Source: the human T2T-CHM13v2.0 reference genome, Homo sapiens. Taken from it: DNA of 64,000 nt. The notes under the pieces were generated by a model. That model was not told the DNA's origin. It was given only the letters and a program-made list of their open reading frames with translations, and ran no database searches. This document shows positions 54,577 to 64,000 of this stretch, in pieces. A program made the translations under genes and the position numbers. Every line of letters starts with the position of its first letter. The first letter of the stretch is position 1. The stretch lies in NCBI RefSeq assembly GCF_009914755.1, contig NC_060926.1; one strand, 5' to 3'.

Positions 54577-55482
54577 GGGGAGGAGCCAAGATGGCCGAAT
54601 AGGAACAGCTCCGGTATACAGCTCCCAGCGTGAGCAACGCAGAAGACAGGTGATTTCTGCATTTCCATCAGAGGTACCCGGTTCATCTCACTAGGGAGTA
54701 CCAGACAGTGGGCGCAGGTCAGTGGGTGCGCGCACCGTGCGCGAGCCGAAGCAGGGCGAGGCATTGCCTCACTTGGGAAGCGCAAGGGGTCAGGGAGTTC
54801 CCTTTCTGAGTCAAAGAAAGGGGTGACGGACGGCACCTGGTAAATCGGGTCACTCCCACCAGAATACTGCGCTTTTCCGATGGGCTTAAAAAACGGCGCA
54901 CCACGAGATTATATCCGGCACCTGGCTCAGAGGGTCCTACGCCCAGGGAGTCTCGCTGATTGCTAGCACAGCAGTCTGAGATCAAACTGCAAGGCGGCAG
55001 CGAGGCTGGGGGAGGGGCGCCCGCCATTGCCCAGGCTTGATTAGGTAAACAAAGCAGCCGGGAAGCTCGAACTGGGTGGAGCCCACCACAGCTCAAGGAG
55101 GCCTGCCTACCTCTGTAGGCTCCACCTCTGGGGGCAGGGCACAGACAAACAAAAAGACAGCAGTAACCTCTGCAGACTTAAATGTCCCTGTCTGACAGCT
55201 TTGAGGAGAGCAGTGGTTCTCCCAGCACGCAGCTGGAGATCTGAGAACGGGCAGACTGCCTCCTCAAGTGGGTCCCTGACCCCTGACCCCCGAGCAGCCT
55301 AACTGGGAGGCACCCCCCAGCAGGGGCACACTGACACCTCACACGGCAGGGTACTCCAACAGACCTGCAGCTGAGGGTCCTCTCTGTTAGAAGGAAAGCT
55401 AACAAACAGAAAGGGCATCCACACCAAAAACCCATCTGTACATCACCATCATCAAAGACCAAAAGTAGATAAAACCACAAAG
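54577..55482 (+). promoter_or_regulatory. L1 5' UTR: internal sense promoter and antisense promoter, CpG-rich
   Basis: Intact YY1 site CAAGATGGCCG at 54587-54597; most CpG-dense segment in the window. Confidence 0.85.
54719..55027 (-). CDS. L1 ORF0 (antisense ORF), 102 aa, open
   Basis: MAGAPPPASLPPCSLISDCCASNQRDSLGVGPSEPG... matches primate L1 ORF0 N-terminus; ATG in GCAATGG context; expression unknown. Confidence 0.6.
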   Translation of the reverse strand: MAGAPPPASLPPCSLISDCCASNQRDSLGVGPSEPGAGYNLVVRRFLSPSEKRSILVGVTRFTRCRPSPLSLTQKGNSLTPCASQVRQCLALLRLAHGARTH

Positions 55483-56499
55483 ATGGGGAAAAAACAGAAC
55501 AGAAAAACTGGAAACTCTAAAAAGCAGAGCGCCTCTCCTCCTCCAAAGGAACGCAGTTCCTCACCAGCAACAGAACAAAGCTGGATGGAGAATGATTTTG
55601 ACGAGCTGAGAGAAGAAGGCTTCAGACGATCAAATTACTCTGAGCTACAGGAGGACATTCAAACCAAAGGCAAAGAAGTTGAAAACTTTGAAAAAAATTT
55701 AGAAGAATGTATAACTAGAATAACCAATACAAAGAAGTGCTTAAAGGAGCTGATGGAGCTGAAAACCAAGGCTTGAGAACTACGTGAAGAATGCAGAAGC
55801 CTCAGGAGCCGATGCAATCAACTGGAAGAAAGGGTATCAGCAATGGAAGATGAAATGAATGAAATGAAGCGAGAAGGGAAGGTTAGAGAAAAAAGAATAA
55901 AAAGAAATGAGCAAAGCCTCCAAGAAATATGGGACTATGTGAAAAGACCAAATCTACGTCTGATTGGTGTACCTGAAAGTGATGGGGAGAATGGAACCAA
56001 GTTGGAAAACACTCTACAGGATATTATCCAGGAGAACTTCCCCAATCTAGCAAGGCAGGCCAACGTTCAGATTCAGGAAATACAGAGAACGCCACAAAGA
56101 TACTCCTCGAGAAGAGCAACTCCAAGACACATAATTGTCAGATTCACCAAAGCTGAAATGAAGGAAAAAATGTTAAGGGCAGCCAGAGAGAAAGGTCGGG
56201 TTACCCTCAAAGGGAAGCCCATCAGACTAACAGCGGATCTCTCGGCAGAAACCCTACAAGCCAGAAGAGAGTGGGGGCCAATATTCAACATTCTTAAAGA
56301 AAGGAATTTTCAACCTAGAATTTCATATCCAGCCAAACTAAGCTTCATAAGTGAAGGAGAAATAAAATCCTTTACAGACAAGCAAATGCTGAGAGATTTT
56401 GTCACCAGCAGGCCTGCCCTAAAAGAGCTCCTGAAGGAAGCACTAAACATGGAAAGGAACAACCGGTACCAGCTGCTGCAAAATCATGCCAAAATGTAA
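55483..56499 (+). pseudogene. L1 ORF1p (RNA-binding protein), disrupted
   Basis: MGKKQNRKTGNSK...NHAKM with one premature TGA at 55774-55776 (CGA>TGA). Confidence 0.95.
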
Positions 56500-56562
56500 A
56501 GACCATTGAGACTAGGAAGAAACTGCATCAACTAATGAGCAAAATAACCAGCTAACATCATA

Positions 56563-60389
<3,827 letters not shown>

Positions 60390-60899
60390 ACAATGAGATC
60401 ACATGGACACAGGAAGGGGAATATCACACTCTGGGGACTGTGGTGGGGTGGGGGGAGGGGGGAGGGATAGCATCGGGAGATATACCTAATGCTAGATGAT
60501 GAGTTAGTGGGTGCAGCGCACCAGCATGGCACATGTCTACATATGTAACTAACCTGCACAATGTGCACATGTACCCTAAAACTTAAAGTATAATAATAAA
60601 AAAAAAGAAGTTGTGAAAATTAATATTAATTTATTTCTGGACTTAGGGGAAAGTATAGTCTTTAACCATTAGGTATAACTGTAGGTTTTTCATAGATTTG
60701 CTGTGATTTACAGAAAACAATGTAAGATTCAAATATACACATGCTTATTTATTTATCCCAATTATTCATCTGAGTTTGAGGGAAATAATCAAAGTGAAGG
60801 TCCTCATTTTGGTTGCACTAGCTTTGCACCTCCCAAGTAAACCATCAACACCTAGACCCTTCCTCAGACTCTCTTTCTAGAAAACTCCGATTAAGACAG

Positions 60900-61500
60900 G
60901 TACCTACATCAAGAATGAATTAGTGAAATAATATTCAAAAGAAGATCATGTTTAAACTGAGCCTGATGAGAAATAAAAGTGAATCATGTGAGTTAGACAG
61001 AGACAGGGAAATTCCAGAAAGATGAAAAAATAGTTACATGAAATCCTAGAATTGTAGATACACATGCAGTGTTTATAGCATTGCCAGTAGTTCTAGTTGA
61101 CAGGTATATTAGAGAAAGAGGTGAGGGATTAGCTGAGGGAGGAGAAAAGGAAGGAAATTGAGTTGCTATGAAATTCTATTTTTGTTCGGAAATAAACAGA
61201 CAGTTTCAAATTAAGATTTAAAAATATTTTAAAGAGGAAAATAAGGTGATTATACTTATAATTTAGAACAATCACTAGTAGTTATCTGAAAGAGAGTAAA
61301 TTAATAGGAGTGGAAATGGAGACACAATATGAGAAAAGACCATGGCAGACACCAAAGTAACAACTGGTAGGGGCCTGAAGTGAGACAGTGGTATGGTGGC
61401 ATACAGATGAAGAGGAAGGATAGATATATTTAGGAAGAAGGGACAATAGGACTGGGTTGTTGGGTTGAACAAGAGGGATCACAGGCAGGGAAACAGGTTT
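60900..61500 (-). mobile_element. L2 LINE fragment
   Basis: GA-rich antisense L2 motifs (AAACTGAGCCTGA, GGGAAATTCCAG, GGGGCCTGAAGTGAGACAGTGG); continues at ~62150-62360. Confidence 0.55.
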
Positions 61501-61509
61501 GTCACGAAA

Positions 61510-62135
61510 AAAATGACTTGATATCTGTCAAATATTTGTATCCAGAATCCGTAAAGTATACTTACAACTCAATAATAAGAAAACAAACGACCAGTAAAAA
61601 AGTGGGCAAAATATTTTGATGTACTCCAAATGCACAAAGTCAGTATTTGTAGGAAAAGAAGCTAAATATTATTAGTGATCACAGAAGTTCAATTTAAAAT
61701 AACAATGAGATACTACTGCACTTCACCAGAAAAGCTACAGTGAAAAACTCTGGAGCAACTATTACTCTCATATACTGATAGCGAGTATAAAATGGTACAT
61801 ACACTTTACACCCCTAAGTATTTACCTAATTCTACTTGAAAGTATTTACACTCCAGCAATTATAGTGTTAGGTATTTACTCAAGAGAATTGAAAACACAT
61901 ATCCACAAAAACACTTAAACATCAATGTTCACAGCAGATTTATTCATAATAGCCCCAAACCGGAAACAACCCAAATGTTCAACAGGTGAATGCATAAACA
62001 AATTGTGGTATGTTAATAGAATACAACTGTACCCAGCAATGTAAAAGAACAAGCTGCTGATACATCTAACAACATGACTGAATGTCAAAAACAGTATGCT
62101 AAGCAAAAGAAGTGAGACACAAAAAATTACATTTT
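61510..62135 (+). mobile_element. Old L1 (L1ME-like) ORF2 3' end
   Basis: TTTGTATCCAGAAT...CTTACAACTCAATAATAAG...ACAATGAGATACTAC...TTCATAATAGCCCCAAACCGGAAACAACCCAAATGT. Confidence 0.8.
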
Positions 62136-62370
62136 GACATTGGAATCAGAAGTGACTATGTTATAACCAGGTGGATACATAAAGAAGAGGCTGGACATTA
62201 GGGCCTGGATCTTAGAAGATAAGTCTGGGACAAATATGCAGATTTGAACATCACCAGCCTTATTAAAGACAAAAGAGTAGATGAGATCACCAAGGAGGAG
62301 TGTTTAGGACAGCCAAAGCTAGATACAGGTAAATATTAGCATTGTAGGGACACAAAGAAAGGAAAATACT

Positions 62371-62698
62371 GTCCAGGCACAGTGGCTCACACCTGTGATC
62401 CCAGCACTTTGGGAGGCCAAGGCGGGCGGGCGGATCGTTTGAGCCCAGGAGTTTGAGACCAGCATGGGCAACATGGTGAAACCTTGTCTCTGCAAGTAAT
62501 AGAAAAATTAGCCAGGTTTACTGGCACAGGCCTGGTCCCAGCTACTGGGAAGGCTGAGGTAGGAGGATCACTTGAGCCTGGAAAGGTCGATGCTGCAATG
62601 GGCTGTGATCATGCCACTGCACGCCAGTTTGGGTAACAGAGTGAGACTCTGTCTCAAAAGAACAGAAAAAAAAAAAAAAAAGAAGAAGAAGAAGAAGA
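62371..62698 (+). mobile_element. Alu SINE, AluJ-type, with A(n)(GAA)n tail
   Basis: GATCGTTTGAGCCCAGGAGTTTGAGACC; GGAGGATCACTTGAGCCTGG; tail A-run then (GAA)5. Confidence 0.93.
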
Positions 62699-64000
62699 TG
62701 AAGTGCAGAATGCAGAGAAAAAGAAGAGGTAGGGGGAGGACAATCAAGCAAAGGAAAATAATTATGGGAGAGGACAGTCTGTTGCAAAGGCCAGAGAGGG
62801 ACAAAGGAAGAAAAGGGTAAATATCTTTGCACTAGACTACTACAAAATACTTAGCACAGAGGAGGCCATTTTACAGGAAGACTCAAAAGTTCCATTGTAG
62901 TGGGTCGAGGAGTGAATGGGCAGAGAGAAAATGGGGACAGAGAATGTACCCTACACTTAACAAAAGTTTGCTTTGGAAAGGAAAGAACTACAAAGTCTAT
63001 GTCTTTGCGAATGTCATATTTCCACCCAAATGTAAATTTTTGGTTATTTCACAAATACCTCACAGTGACTAAATTCTCAGTAAGATGTTTATGGTATCAC
63101 CCATGTATTTCTGATAAAGGAAAAGCTGACATAGAGAAAAGTGCATTTTATGAACTAGTTCACGTATTATATAAAAGTAAAGATCCAGATTGCAGTATAG
63201 AATTGAAATGTGGTTTGCAAATTCTTGCTTTTGCTCTATACAGAAATCCTAGGCTGTATTTCCCCTGTTCCGCTTCACTTATATCTTATATGATTGTCAC
63301 CTTGTGTTTCTCCATTTAAAAATAAAAGGCAAACTCAGCAGTTCCTTTTTCTTAAACTGCTTCAGTAACCAGCAGTTGCCACATTAAAAGCTTTAGCTGC
63401 AGGACTATAAAAATAGTCTAATGCTCCCTAGCAAGTAGCTACATTTCAGCCAGTTCTCTTTTCAGGGATGTAGCAAGGTCAAATCTAATGGCCAGGGAAG
63501 GACAGGCTATGAGAGAGAAGGGAAAGCCAGTTGACATTCACAGAGCAAAAGTGCATTGTGCTTGGAATTTTTTGTGTAAATGTTAAACAGTGCCCACATT
63601 TAACCACCTGCCTGTTGTTTAGAAGGGTTCAAATGAACAATTTCAAGCACAATTGAATAACACTCAAAAGAAAATCAAGTGTAATTTCCTAAGTTGCTGA
63701 AGCAAGGATTCTTCTATGAAACACCATTAGTATTTCTAAACCTGATTTGATTATATTTGAAATTTAATGCATACAGTTCAGTGGCACCTCGAGATTTATT
63801 TGTGCAAAGATGGAATTACAAGGTAGACCTTTATAAATGATTGTTTCTTTCTGTGTATGTATTTTTAAAATTCTTCATGTCATAATTGTAATAAAACTAA
63901 ATGATTAAAGATTAAATGTCATTTATTTTTTGGCTTCCTTATGACAATATTTTGCTTTGCATTTAAGATATATTAAAAAGTAGGGAAAATACACCACATA

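Noticed and set aside
54577-55100. CpG island of a host gene
   Set aside because: CpG density is fully explained by the L1 5' UTR
62900-63319. 139-aa ORF near the window end
   Set aside because: Non-ATG start, no recognisable homology, begins in L2-like sequence

Overview
AT-rich primate genomic DNA, human or another great ape judging by AluY and a young L1PA. It looks intronic or intergenic, and I could not recognise any host protein-coding exon, tRNA, rRNA, CRISPR array or host CpG-island promoter. Roughly half or more of the window is interspersed repeat: about 13 Alus (J, S and Y types), MIR and L2 relics, many L1 fragments, MaLR and ERV1 LTRs (including a complete LTR-internal-LTR MLT1 element), and MER2 and MER5 DNA transposons. 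One full-length (~6.03 kb) but inactivated L1PA2/3-type LINE-1 lies at 54577-60605 with a 17-bp TSD. Almost all ORFs in the supplied track are repeat-derived or chance. The observations most worth following up are: (i) a candidate minus-strand spliced transcript in repeat-free DNA at 26.7-28.5 kb, which includes a 60-codon ORF with a signal-peptide-like start; (ii) an L1 that has only its 5' end yet is flanked by a TSD; (iii) several scars of local templated copying or fold-back; (iv) an Alu with a G-rich GC-box tract where its poly(A) tail should be; (v) an open, extended L1 ORF0. I see no solid evidence for a wholly new biological system. Repeat subfamily names come from recalled consensus motifs, and boundaries of old repeats are approximate; both need RepeatMasker/Dfam confirmation.
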